The notes below the pieces were generated by a model. That model did not search any database. It saw nothing but the letters and a program-made list of their open reading frames with translations, and had not been told where the DNA came from. From the human T2T-CHM13v2.0 reference genome, Homo sapiens: a stretch of DNA of 64,000 nt. This document shows, piece after piece, positions 41,400-56,375 of this stretch. Both the position numbers and the translations under genes were made by a program. The stretch is from NCBI RefSeq assembly GCF_009914755.1, contig NC_060928.1, one strand, 5' to 3'. Within the stretch, counting starts at the first letter, position 1, and every line of letters starts with the position of its first letter.

Positions 41400-42220
41400 G
41401 TACTAAGATCACTGTATACATTCATGCTATTTACTTATTTACTAGATACATTTGTATAAGTCATTATTTATGGTGTCTTTTGATAAGTGAAATGTTTTAT
41501 TTTTAATGTTAAAATTTTTGGTCTTTTTATTTATAGTTTGGGTTTTGATGTTTTATTTTAGAAAATTTTCTCTGATCAGAAATCATAAACATATTTATGT
41601 ATATTTCCACATAGGAGGATTATGATTTCTGCTTTTAGGATTTTAAAGGACCTAGAATGAATTTTAAAATTTATGGTATGGGGTATGAATCTCATTTTTT
41701 CCATATGATAACATAATCATTGTCCCAAAAGCACTGTTTGAGGAGTTCATCCTTCCTCTATTGACTTTTAAGGCCACCAGTGTCATATATCAAGCGTCCA
41801 TATATGTACAAGACTGTTTCTGTGTTCTGTATTCTGTTATGTTGATTTTTTTGTTGATTCCCATATCACTACAACACTATCATAATTACTACAGCTTTGT
41901 AAGTAGTCTTGACATTTGGTGGGGCAAGTTTCCTAAAACTTCAAAATGAAATTGTCTTAGCTATTCTTCACCCTTGTGTATTTGATAATGAGTTTTAGAA
42001 TAAGTTTCTCAGGTTCCACGAAAAACTTATAAGGACATTTTGTTTGAAAATAGATGAAATGTATAGATCCGTTAGAGAGAATTGGCATTTTAATAAAGTT
42101 CTGCCTGCATTAATGTATTTATCCATTTAAGTAATTCCTGTTTTGTGAGCTTCAATAATATAGAAAATTTTTTCTAAGCAATTTGAGTTGTCCTGTTAGA
42201 TTTTTTCTTTAATGCCTTAT
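41400..42220 (-). mobile_element. Old L1M (L1ME-like) ORF2 fragment
   Basis: Antisense L1-like motifs ttgtcccaaaagcactgtttg, aattactacagctttgtaagtagtcttgaca. Confidence 0.65.
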
Positions 42221-42724
42221 AAGTTGCAGCCTCCTCAAATCATAGTATTCATATGAGAAAAAGCCAGCAGTGGAACACCAATTTCTTAGCCCCGTGCCAG
42301 TCCCCTTTCTAAAACTCAGTGCTCTTCACATTTAAGCTTTTAGGAGGGTATAGTTAAGTAGAAAGTACGGAGAAGTAGGCAGAGATGAGACAGAGGGTAT
42401 TTAATTAATGTAAAATTGAAATCATCAATGACATTGGAAAAAATAAAGTGCTTTTCTTTGGACTATGTGTGCACAGGCTCCCAGAGACCAAATGAAAAAT
42501 CCTTGTTCAGTTCTTTTCCACTTGGGGACTCTGCTATGTGATTTAACTTAGCAGTGACATCTACTCAAAGAATTAAAAACAGAAAATGGATGACAGTTCA
42601 TAGACTGCTAATATCATTCTTTATTAAGCTAGTCTAGCGTTGAGAGGTGTTTCAATATGTAATTTGACATAGAGTTCACCTCAGAAAGGCAGAATAAGTT
42701 TTTTTGTTTTCTATTAAGTGGCTC

Positions 42725-43495
42725 CTTCAAAAAACATTGATTTACTGTTATAATCCAGGCACCATACCAGGTGCTGAGGAAGACAAAATGAGTATGACAG
42801 TCTTCAACCTCAAAGAACTTACAAGGAGATAAGACACCCAAGTGTGCAGTGAAGAGTTCCAGGGGATATGGCAATATATGTGCAGGGCACAGTGGGCATT
42901 CCCAGGAATGGATGATCATTTCTACCTTGGATTACCAGAACAGCTAAATTTCCCAGAAAGTTGGCTGTGGCTGGGATGCAATAGAGAGGGAGTAATTATA
43001 TAGGCAAAAGATGTGACATAAACTTGGAGGCACGAAGCGTTCTGGTATGTTAAAGAAACTGGTAGTAGTTTTAAGTATGGAATATGATGTGAGAGGGCTT
43101 CGAGGAGAAGACAAAAGACCAGTAGAGACCAGACCACAGATGCTTCATAGTTTATTCCAGGGATGTAGACAGTGTAGGCAGTAAGAAAAACTGAAGGAGG
43201 GAATGGAATTAGAAAAATCTCACTCTAACTAAAATTAGGACAACAGCTCAGGAAGTGCAGAAACTGGAGACACGGAGACCAGACAATTGCAGTAGTGTGA
43301 GTGAGAGATGACGTGGGACTAAAATAAAGCAATCACAGTGGAAATAGAGAAAAATGGATGGGTGAAGATTTATTCAGGTGGTGGAATCAGTAGGACTTTG
43401 AAACAGTGTGTATGTGGAGAATAGGGATGTGGGTGCTCAGGAACAGCTATGATTATGAGAAGATTTCTGGATATCTGGCTTGGAAAATCAAGTGA
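42725..43495 (-). mobile_element. L2 fragment
   Basis: ccaggcaccataccaggtgctgagga; ttctggatatctggcttgg purine-rich antisense L2. Confidence 0.65.
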
Positions 43496-44574
43496 CTTCT
43501 AGCTGCCCTGGTTCTAGTCATATGATAGTACTGCTCATCCACCTAGGTAGATTTGCTTCTATGTGATTCATAGAAGTTTCATTATGTAGCAAGTGAACTG
43601 TAAATTGAATGTAGGTCTTGAGATGTACATTTTAATAGGTTATGGGAGATTAAATTTTAGAATTTCCACTTGAAAAAAGATTTCACAGAACACCTCTGAG
43701 TAACAATAAAGTACTACAATTAGTTTGCAACTGTTCTAAGGCATAGATGTAAGGTGTAGATCATTTTCAATAGCTTGTTGCCATATCTCAATCAGCTGAC
43801 TCTTTAAACATTTGCATTTACCTTTGTAATCTAGATATAGACTACTCATCTTGATTTCTGAGGATGTTCAGGCCTGAATGAACAACTGATCTGATTCAAA
43901 ATCACCTGAAGGAACATAAAAATGTAATCGTGTTTATATTTTTTCCCTATCAAAATAAGTTAATAGGCAGTAAGAAAAGACTTCTATGTTTACTTGTCAG
44001 TGTGAGAAAAATTGGCACTTTAGAGTTACAGGTCACCTGCATTCTTATGCAAAATTTGAATGCATATTCAACAAAAAAGAACAAGTATTACATTATATAT
44101 AAATAACCAAGGTGACTCAAATAGTAAGCCGTTAGGAAAAAAAATCTCAAAAATCAACCTTTAAGAAACTTGACAGTCATTTCAATAAGCCATTAGGTAT
44201 TCAGAAATGTTGATTATATGTTGATTAAAATTAGAAAAATAACTCAGAAAATTAGAATTTAAAGTGTATCCTTTTATTAAAAACGTTGATCTAATTCCTT
44301 TGTACTTCTTGCTCCCAAATATACGTGAATATTATTACTACTAACTAAAGAAGGGGTTGCTATAAATGAGTAGATGACTAATGTATTTCTGTTTAACTAC
44401 TAATTAATTAATTTTGCTAAGGGTGAGTGGGGAAATGTATTTTGGATTTTCTATTTCATATACACTTTTATCAATGAGATAGTCAGATTATTTAATTCTC
44501 TTTGAGTTTTTCTTTTCTTGTAGTTTAATTAATGAGAAGATTTTAGTGTTTCATTATCTTGCAAAAGAGTTGTA

Positions 44575-47400
44575 CTATAGAAATACAAACAATTGTCAGA
44601 GAATATTATAAACCCCTCTATGCAAATGAACTAGAAAGCCTAGAAGAAATGGATAAATTCCTGGGCACATACACCCTTCCAAGACTGAACCAGGAAGAAA
44701 TTGAATCCCTGAACTGACCAATAATGAGTTCTGAAATAGAGGCAGTAATAAATAGCCTGCCAACTAAAAGGCCCAGGACCAGATGGATTCACAGTTGAAT
44801 TCTACCAGATGTACAAAGAAGAGCTGGTATCATTCCTACTGAAACTATTCCGAAAAATTGAAAAGGAGGTACTTCTCCCTAACTCATTTTAGGAGACAGC
44901 ATCATCCTGATACCAAACCTGGCAGAGATACAATAAAAAAAAGAAAACTTCAGGCCAATATTCTTGATGAACATCAATGCAAAAATCTTCAACAGAATAC
45001 TGGCAAACTGAATCCAGCAGCACATCAAAAAGCTTATTCATGACAATCAAGTAGGCTTTATCCTAGGGATGCAAGGTTGGTTCAAAATATGCAAATCAAT
45101 AAATGTGATTCATCACATAAACAGAACTAAAGACAAAAAGCACATGATTATCTCAATAAATGCCAAAAAGGCTTTTGATAAAATGCAATATCCCTTCATG
45201 TTGAAAACTCTCAATAGACTAGATATTGAAGGAACATACCTCAAAATAATAAGAACCATCTATGACAAACCCATAGCCAACATCATACTGAATGGGCAAA
45301 ATCTGGAAGCATTCCCATTGAAAACCAGCACAAGACAAATGTACCCTCTCTCAACACTCACATTCAACATAGTATTGGAATTTCTGGCCAGGGAAATCAA
45401 GGCAAGAGAAAGATATAAAGGCATTCAAATAGGAAGAGAGGAAGTCAAACTGTCCCCATTTACAGATGACATGATCGTATATATAGATCCTGTATCTAGA
45501 AAACCGCATCATCTCAGCCCAAAAGCTTCTTAAGCTAATAAACAATTTCAGCAAAGTCTCAGGATACAAAAATCAATGTGCAAAGAGTGCTAGCATTCCT
45601 ATATACCAACAACAGTCAAGCCGAGAGCCAAATCATGAATGAACTCCCATTCACAATTGCCACAAAAAAGAATAAAATACCTAGGAATACAGCTAACCAG
45701 GGAGGTGAATTATCTTTACAAGGAGAACTACAAACCACTACTCAAAGAAATCATAGATGACACAAACAAATGGAAAATCATTCCATGCTCATGGATAGGA
45801 ATAATCAATATATTGAAAATGACCACACTGCCTAAAGCAATTTATAGATTTAATGCTATTCCCATTAAACTACCACTGACATTCTTCACAGAACGAGAAT
45901 AAGCTGTTTTAAAATTCATATGAAACCAAAAAAAGAGCCCAAATAGCCAAGGAAGTCCTAAGCAAAAAGAACAAAGCTGGAGGCATCACACTATCTGACT
46001 TCAGAGTATACTACAGAGCTACGGTAATGAAAACAGCATGGTCCTGGTACATCAGCAAGCACATAGACCAGTGGAACAGAATAGAACAAGACTGAAAACC
46101 TGTAACTATCTGATCTTCAACAAACCTGACAAAAACAAACAACAGGGAAAGGATTCCCTATTCAATAAATGGTGATGGGTTAACTGACTAGACATATGCA
46201 GAAGATTGAAACTGGACTCCTTCCTTATACCATATACAAAAATAAAGATGAATTACATACTTACATGTAAAATCCCAAACTATAAAAACCTGGGGTGACA
46301 ACCTAGGCAATACCATTCAGGACATAGGCATGGGCAATGATTTTATGATGAAAACACCAAAAGCAATTGCAAAAAAAAGCCAATATTGACAAATGGGATC
46401 TAATTAAATTAAAGAGCTTCTGCACAGCAAAAGAAACTATCATCAGAGTGAACAGACAACCTACAGAATGGGAGAAAATTTTTAAAATCTATCTGGCCAA
46501 GGTCTAATATCCAGAGTCTACAAGAAACTTATATTTACAAGAAAAAACAACCCCATTAAAAAGTGGGCAAAGGACATGAACAGACACTTTTCAAAAGAAT
46601 ATATACATGTAGCCAACAATCATATGAAAAACTCAACATCACTGATCATTACAGGAATGCAAATGTAAACCACAAATGAGATACCATCTCACATCTGTAA
46701 GAATAGCGATTATTAAAAAGTAAAAAAAAAAAAAAAAAACAGATGGTAGGAAGGTTGTGAAAAAAAAGGAATGCTTATACACTGTTGATGGGAGTGTAAG
46801 TTAGTTCAGCCACTGTGGAAGACAGTGTGGTGATTCCTCCTCAAAGACCTAAGGACAGAAATACCATTTGACCCAGCAATTTCATTACTGGGTATATACC
46901 TAAAGGAATATAAATCATTCTGTTATAAAGATACATGCATGTGTATGTTCATTGCAGCACTATTCACAACAGCAAAGACATGGAATCAACCTAAATGTCC
47001 ATCAGTGATAGACTGGATAAAGAAAATGTGGTACATACAGAACATGGAATATCAAGCAGCCATAAAAAATGAGATCATGTCCTTTGCAGGGACATGGATG
47101 GAGGCCATCATCCTTAGCAAACTAACACAGGAACAGAAATCCAAATACTGCATGTTCTCACTTCTAAGTAGGAGCTAAATGTTGAGAACACACAAACACA
47201 TAGAGGGGAGCAACACACACTGGGGCCTTTTGGAGGGTAGAGGGTAAGAAGAGGGAGAGGATCAGGAAAAACAACTAATGGGTACTAGCTTAATACCTGG
47301 GTGACAAAATAATCTGTACAACAGACTCCCATGACACAAGTTTACCTATATAACAAACCTGCGATTGGACTCCTAAACTTAAAATAAAAGTTAAAAAAAG
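44575..47400 (+). mobile_element. 5'-truncated L1 (L1PA11-14-like), ORF2 RT to 3'UTR, degenerate
   Basis: ORF2 fragments ([26 protein letters not shown]); 3'UTR gagaggatcaggaaaaacaactaatgggtac. Confidence 0.92.
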
Positions 47401-47950
47401 ATTAAATTTGAGAAGTTTTGAAGAGGTTATTTTTTCCTTATAATAGGTCTAAACTGTAAGAGTTCCATACATTATTAGCAGATGATCACTTGTGTAGTAA
47501 AAGCGTTCATTTTGATTAATTTTTAAAAATTCAATTTGTATAGCTTTTGAGGAAGAAGGATCAATGACATTTCTTATTTTTATGAATTGAAGAATAATTG
47601 TGACAGTGTTACTTAACTGTTTGACTCACTGCTGTTTTTTGTTGTTGTTCAGTTTTAAATTAGTCATGCAATTCCAAAGCAGTTTGTAAGGGTAACAATT
47701 GAACATATTGAATCTTGAGAATTTACATAAAATATAGCAGATTAAAGGGTTTTTCCCAATATCCTTAGACTGTGGGGATTATAAATTATATTTTCAGAAT
47801 TGTATTTTACAGAGGCCATATTTGTATATTGGAGAAGAAATAAAATCATTGGAAACATTATTTTTATGTTTTACAAAATATACTTTTTACAAAACTGATG
47901 CTATAGGTTTTCCCCCACATTTCAGTAATTATTAGAAAATTCACTGGAAA

Positions 47951-50306
47951 TGTAGATGGTGGCATTATTTCTGAGGCCTCTGTTCTGTTTAGTTGGTCTA
48001 TATATCTGTTTTGGTACCAGCACCATGCTGTTTTGGTTACTGTAGCCTTGTAGTATAGTTTGAGGTCAGGTAGCATGATGCTTCCAGCTTTGTTCTTTTG
48101 GCTTAGGATTCTCTTGGCTATATGGGTTCTTTTTTGGTTCCATATGAAATTTAAAGTAGTTTTTTTTTAATTCTGTGAAGAAAGTCAATGGTAACTTGAT
48201 GGGGATGGCAGTGAATCTATAAATTGCTTTAGAAAGTATGGTCATTTTCATGATATAGATTCTTCCTGTGCATGAGCATGGAATGCTTTTCCATTGGTTT
48301 GTGTCTTCTCTTATTTCCTTGAGCAGTGGTTTGTAGTTCTCCTTGAAGAGGTCCTTCATATCCCTTGTAAGTTGGATTCCTTGGTATTTTGTTCTCTTTG
48401 TAGCAATTGTGAATGGAAGTTCTACTCATGATTTGGCTCTCTGTTTGTCTATTATTGGTGTTTAGGAATGCTTGTGATTTTTGCACATTGATTTTGTATC
48501 CTGAGACTTTGCTGAAGTTGCTTATTAGCTTAAGGAGATTTTGGGCTGAGATGATGGGGTTTTCTAAATATACAATCATGTCATCTACAAACAGAGACAA
48601 TTTGACTTTCTCTCTTCCTATTTGGATATCCTTTATTTCTTTCTCTTGCCTGATTGCCCTGGCCAGAATTTCCAATACTGTGTTGAATAGTAGTGGTGAG
48701 AAAGGGCATCCTTGTCTTGTGCCAATTTTCAAAGGGAATTCTTCCAGCTTTTGCCCATTCGGTATGATATTGGCTGTTTGGTTTATCATAAATAGCTCTT
48801 ATTATTTTGAGATACATTCCATCAATACCTAGTTTATTGAGAGTTTTTAGCATGAAGGGGTATTGAATTTTATCAAAGGCTTTTCTGCATCTATTGGAAT
48901 AATTATGTGGTTTTTGTCATTGGTTCTGTTTATGTCATAGATTACATTTATTGATTTGTGTATGTCGAACTAGCCTTTCATCCCAGGGATGAAGCTGTCT
49001 TGATCATGGTGCCTAAGCTTATTGAAATCCTTGACAAACCTGCCAAAACAAGCAATGGGGAAAGGATTATCTATTTAATTACTGGTGTTAGGAAAACTGG
49101 CTAGCCATATGCAGAAAACTGATATTGGACCCCTTCCTTATACCTTATACAAAAATTAACTCGAGATGGATTAAAGACTTAAATGTAAGACTTAAAACTA
49201 TAAAAACCCTAGAAGAAAACCTGGGCAATACCATTCAGGACATAGGCATGGGCAAGGACTTCATGACTAAAACACCAAAAGCAATGGCAACAAAAGCCAA
49301 AATTGACAAATGGGATCGAATTAAACTAAAGAGCTTCTGCACAGCAAAAGAAACTATCATCAGAATGAACAGGCAACCTACAGAATGGGAGAAAATTTTT
49401 GCAATCTATTCATCTGACAAAGGGCTAATATCCAGAATCTACAAAGAAATTAAACAAATTTACAAGAAAAAAACAACCGCATCAAAAAGTGGCCGAAGGA
49501 TATGAACAGACACTTCTGGAAAGAAGACATTTATATGGCCAAGAAACATATGAAAAAAAGCTCATAGTCACTGGTCATTAGAGAAATGCAAATCAAAACC
49601 ACAATGAGATACCATCTCACACCAGTTAGAATGGTGATCGTTAAAAAGTCAGGAAACAACAGATGCTGGAGAGGATGTGGAGAAATAGGAATACTTTTAC
49701 ACTGTTGGTAAATTAGTTCAAGAATTGTGGAAGACAGGGTGCTGATTCCTCAAGGATCTAGAACCAGAAATATCATTTGACTCAGCCATCCCATTACTGG
49801 GTATACACCCAAAGTATTGTAAATCATTCTAGCATAAAGACACATGCACATGTATGTTTATTGCAGCACAGTTCACAATAGCAAAGACTTGGGACCAACC
49901 CAAGTACCCATCAATGATAGAATGGATAAAGAAAATGTGGCACATATACATCATGGAATACTATGCAGCCGTAAAAAAGCATGAGTTCATGTCCTTTGCA
50001 GGGACATGGATGAAGCTGGAAACCATCATTCTCAGCAAACTAACATAAGAACAGAAGACCAAACACTGCATGTTCTCACTCATAAGTGGTAGTAGAACAA
50101 TGAGAACACATGGACACAGGGAGAGGAACATCACACACTGAGGCCTTTTGGGGTTTTTGGGGCTAGGTGATGGATAGCATTAGGAGAAATACCTAGTGTA
50201 GATGATGAGTTGATGGGTGCAGCAAACCACCATGGCACGTGTATACCTATGTAACAAACCTGCACATTCTGCACATGTATCCCAGAACTTATAATAAAAA
50301 AAAAAA
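47951..50306 (+). mobile_element. 5'-inverted (twin-primed) L1, L1PA7-like: minus segment 47951-~49025, plus segment ~49026-50306
   Basis: The minus segment's 3'-most L1 base (..ccatctaca) lies within about 10 nt in L1 coordinates of the start of the plus segment (atccttgacaaacc); poly(A) at 50296-50306. Confidence 0.92.
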
Positions 50307-51906
50307 GAAAGGATAAGACTTTTGAAATAGCCAAGGAAATCCAGTGTTATTCTAAGACATGGGCTTTTAAAGATCTGCATTTAGGGTGTGTTAATCTTCC
50401 ATATTTTTTAGAAGCCCACAACATGCTTTCACCGATGAGTTTAAAAATATTCTCTTCTTTGTAGCAAACTTCTAAATTTTATTGCTTCTACTTTTTCAGT
50501 CCACTTCTCTACACCTTGCTTGATTGCTTTGTACCAGAAAGAGATTCATATAAGATGATAATATGCTCCTGGAAATATTTCACCAGACCATCACATCTCA
50601 TTCTTTGTGGTAGAATAATTTTTAAGCCTTTTTGCGGTGATGTTAACTAAACTGTTATTAACTGTAAGTCCTAAATATTTCTATGCTTCAGATAAATCAT
50701 CTGGTGATTATGAAGCTTGTATTTTAAAATTAGAATTTTATGCTATTTGTTGTACAAATGTTTAACAAATCATACAATTGGTGATACAGTCTTTCCTTTT
50801 GTATTCCCAGTGTCTCTTGAATTGTTCTGCTTATTTTACATTTAAAATATCTGTTCCTGGAGATTTTATATTAAACTATGTATATCTATGTCTCTATAGA
50901 TGGATATATATATATAATAGGAATATATATGCCTATATTATATGCCCATATATAGTATATATTTTCACAGTGACATGTGGCTTTTTTTCTATTTTTTTAG
51001 TAGGAAAATGCAGTTTCCTATGTGAGTGCACTAAAGTGACTTTCAGCAGATTTTCAGAGTTGCTGGGCTGATGGAAAAATCACAAAATATATTACTAGGG
51101 GGAAGAGGAAAGGTGTTTTTTACTCTCTGCTTGAGAAGTGACAGAATAAAAGAATCCTTGAGAAATGTGTCAAATAGATCATTCCCCCCTTTGCAGAAAA
51201 AAGAGTCTGATGCTATAAAGAAAAGGCAGGCTTTGTGAGTCTTACGTGCAAACTGTGCCAGCCTACCTGAGCTTTTTGTTCATCTTTAACACATTGAACA
51301 TCTTGAGGTATCTAAGAATATTGAGATAGAGAGTCACAGTATAATCTAAGGTGGAGTACTGTTCTAATGATCAGTTCTGAAGTGGAAGTTGAGTAGGATA
51401 TTTTTTGGTACCCTAATAAGTGGTTCAAAGTTTGAAATACTTCCAGCATAAAAAGAAATCCCAAGTATATATGGATATGAAAATTGCATCAATCAGTCAG
51501 ACTCCATGAATCCTGTCTTGTAGTTTCTTGGGCTGTGGCAACGCTGCTTTTATGTTAATTTCAAATAGTCATCCTCTGAAGCAATTCAAGCTGGCTATAT
51601 TTTCTTTCTTATACTCAGAAAGAAATGTATAGTCTTTTGATAGATTTCTTCATGAATCTTTGTTCATTTCTATATTGGTTAGTGTGTTCTCTCTGAAACT
51701 CTAAGAAATTAGAAACATTTTATTGCATAAAACTTACCATTCCTATAGTCTAATTCAACATAACCTCAGTGTCCTATACAAAGTATATGATTAATAAATA
51801 CTTGGGCCATGATGACAAATAATGTACATGGAAACACTACTGGTAGTGAGCTCTAACAAAGAGTAAGAATGTTACATATATTCTAATGAATGAATAATTT
51901 ATAATG

Positions 51907-51971
51907 AACTATAAGGGTTACAAACTTATTTATAAACTGTAAACTGTAAGGGTTACAAGCTTATTTATAAA
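51907..51971. repeat. Tandem duplication, 35-bp period
   Basis: aact(a/g)taagggttacaa(a/g)cttatttataaa twice. Confidence 0.9.
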
Positions 51972-52401
51972 AAATAGTTCTATATTTTGTTTTCCTAATT
52001 CAGCCTAATTTTTACTCCATCTGCCCATTTTACTGCAGTGAGAAAAATTCATTCTTGATCATTGCCAGTGTCTTCTTCCCAGGATAAATATATAAATTCT
52101 GGGAATAAGGGTTATAGTGACTCAATAGAATTCAAGGAGATTGGAGAGTGAAAAACATATATTGCCTGTCTATGTGAAGATCTAGTGATATGTTGGTTGT
52201 CCCATTTGAACCTTGGTCTTTGATTTCTGAAGATCATGCTGAAATGTAGCTTGGCCCTGTCTGCCTGGACCCTTTATATCTTGGTGGCATCTTTGCTTCT
52301 TCTGGGACTTTGCTGGGGACATAAGAATCATTCCACTATTCTCGTGCCTTTTTAGTGACATAGAGCCTGGGCTAGCTCAGTCCATTATCCACCCGTGCCA
52401 C

Positions 52402-52987
52402 TGAATCCGCCCCTATAAACTTTATAAAATTAACCAGAAAAAAGGGAAAGAGAGAAATGAGATAAACCCAGCTTGCAGCACACTGAGCATTAATTATTTG
52501 GTCAGCTTACTGCCTGACCCCTTCCTCATAGTTGATTGCCTCTTGCCTCAGAATCATGTAGACCCTGTTACAAGATTATACATCGCCTTAACTGCTCTAC
52601 AGGTAACAACTTGAACATTATGAAACATTAAGTTTTCCCTCTGAGATATTTTTTCAGGTCCTTCCCACTAATAAAACTACTTACTCAGCTGGTCTGCAGG
52701 ACCACAAGGAGCTGAATCATCAAAGAATGCAGTTCACACATACTGATGACTTCATCTTCCTTACCCAGACCCATCAATGACCCCAATTATTCAGCCCCTC
52801 ACCCTTCAAGATCTCCATAAAAACTCCAGCCCAGAACTCCTCCAGGAGATGCATTTGTGCATCTCCTGTTATCTCCTTATTGGGTGCTCTGCGATCATTA
52901 AACTCTTTCTTTGCCATGAACCCTGGTGTCTCAGTGCAGGGGGTCTCTTATTGCTTAGTGGGCATAGGAACCTGTTGGCATGTAACA
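52402..52987 (+). mobile_element. ERV1-class solo LTR (LTR26-like)
   Basis: tgaatccgcccctataaactttataaaatt...gtaaca; TG...CA ends; 4-bp TSD ccac at 52398-52401 and 52988-52991; ATTAAA signal. Confidence 0.85.
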
Positions 52988-53583
52988 CCACCTTGTGAGG
53001 ACTCTTCCTAGGGAAGACATCTTCTTTGCTCTTGGTCTCACACATTTAGCACACACAGGGCTCTAACATACTTACCTCCAGTGCTGCTGACTCTCTGGAG
53101 AGGCAGGTTTCAGAATCTCTTTATCTGGGACATGTTTTTATCTATATTGTCATTAATTTCTGCTCTGTATTTATTTCCCTCCTTGTCTCCTACTAGCCCA
53201 CAGCTGTAAATTTTTTAAAAAAATATGCCCCCCTCCAAAAAAAATTTGGTCTTTGTTTTCTTATTTCTCTAAGAAATTTGTCAGTTCAAACACAAAACTC
53301 AGAAAGATATTAATACATCCCCTTTCCTGGACTTCTGCTTCCTCACATTCTTCCTTGGAGGAAGGAAGAAGAAAATAGCCTGGCAGCTCTAATGGGGGAC
53401 AGGGATGAAGATGGGAGTATAAGAAATGTAAACTGCACAGGTTAATCTTGGAAATATTATACTACTGTATTAAATGTAATAATCCTCAGTGAAACTAAGC
53501 ATTTTGGTAAAGGGATGTCATAGGAAGAAAACATCTAAACTTCTATTTGACTGTGAAAGATGGGTTTTTGAACACATTTATTA

Positions 53584-54039
<456 letters not shown>

Positions 54040-55319
54040 CAGAATCTCTTCTAACGCAAATTTAGAATTCTTTTAAGTATAATAAGTCATATGCTCCTCT
54101 TTAGTCTCATGTGATCCCATCTTTAATTCAACTGAATGAGCAGGGGTATTTTCAAAGGCAAACTAAAATGTTCTAGAAAAAAACATTGGTTCTCCTTGAT
54201 TTTTATGTCAGCCTATCTTTTCCTATCTTAGTATTATAAAAAAAGGTTACAAGCAACATAGTGTACAAGGGTCACCGAGCTTGCTCCATAGGTTATAATA
54301 CCCCCAGAGCCCTGGGAATGAAATGTCTGGAGGTTTACTGGGCTTTTGGTGCTTCTCTTTGAATAGTGGTTTCTTTAGCTACAAAAGGCTTTAGGAGCTC
54401 CTCTGGAAACAAGCCCCAAAGACAGAATCTTTAAAAATAAAGGTTCTCTTCTACCTTAAGGCTAACCTTTCTGTGAATACGCACTGTGGGTACACTGTAA
54501 AGAAAATTGGGGTTTTATTTCTAAGTCCTGATGCAGGTGAAATGAAGAAACTGAACTTGGATGAAGGTTGAGGTGCTGGTGACAGTATTTTGTCATTAAA
54601 GCAGTGATAATGGCTTAGAAAGCCTGGCTGTAAATTCACACTGCTATTCAGCATGTGTCACTTTGAAAGAGTCAGAAAATTATGTGTAAAACCAGCCGTG
54701 GATATTCAAATACGTTTTTATACAAGGCAGATCATTACTTGCGATTAATTACAAAGAAGTGTGGTCTGCGTCCCTGTGGGTATGAACCAGCACTGGCTCT
54801 TCTCTTTAGTGGCTGGCTGGGGGCAGCAGACAAGAAAGATAACTTTTACCACGCGCAAGTAAATTTACTGTCCTTTCCTAGTAGTGATGGCATTCAGACA
54901 TAATTGGTGTAGAGACAGGTTACGGGTGCCTGAGGAAAATGTCAGGGGAAGCAGAACATGAAGGGCTTTGAATGCCATGCTCTCGACTTTCAGGTTTGTT
55001 TGAGCCGTCACTGGATGTGTATAAGCAGGTGAACGGCATGAGCATCTGTGAATCGTGCATGGTAACTTTTGCATTTTAGGGGAACCATTTTGAAAACAGT
55101 ATGAACATTTGCCTACTCTGAAGAAGTCAAAGTAGTGAGTATTTCATGTTTATTCTTTCTAGGTCTTCTGTTTTGTGTTTTACCTGCTTAACTCCTTCAA
55201 TAGCTATTACCCTAGGAGGAGGAAAATTAAATCACTTACTCAAGGTCATGCAAAGAGGAGGTGACACCTCATTTTATTCCTACAGTATTATGATGTGTCT
55301 TGCCGAAGTCTGGGGGACC

Positions 55320-56375
<1,056 letters not shown>

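Noticed and set aside
49700-50400. Neighbouring L1PA7-like element as source of the 61.2-kb insertion
   Set aside because: The 44-bp non-L1 tag is not seen downstream of it, and it is itself 5'-truncated and inverted
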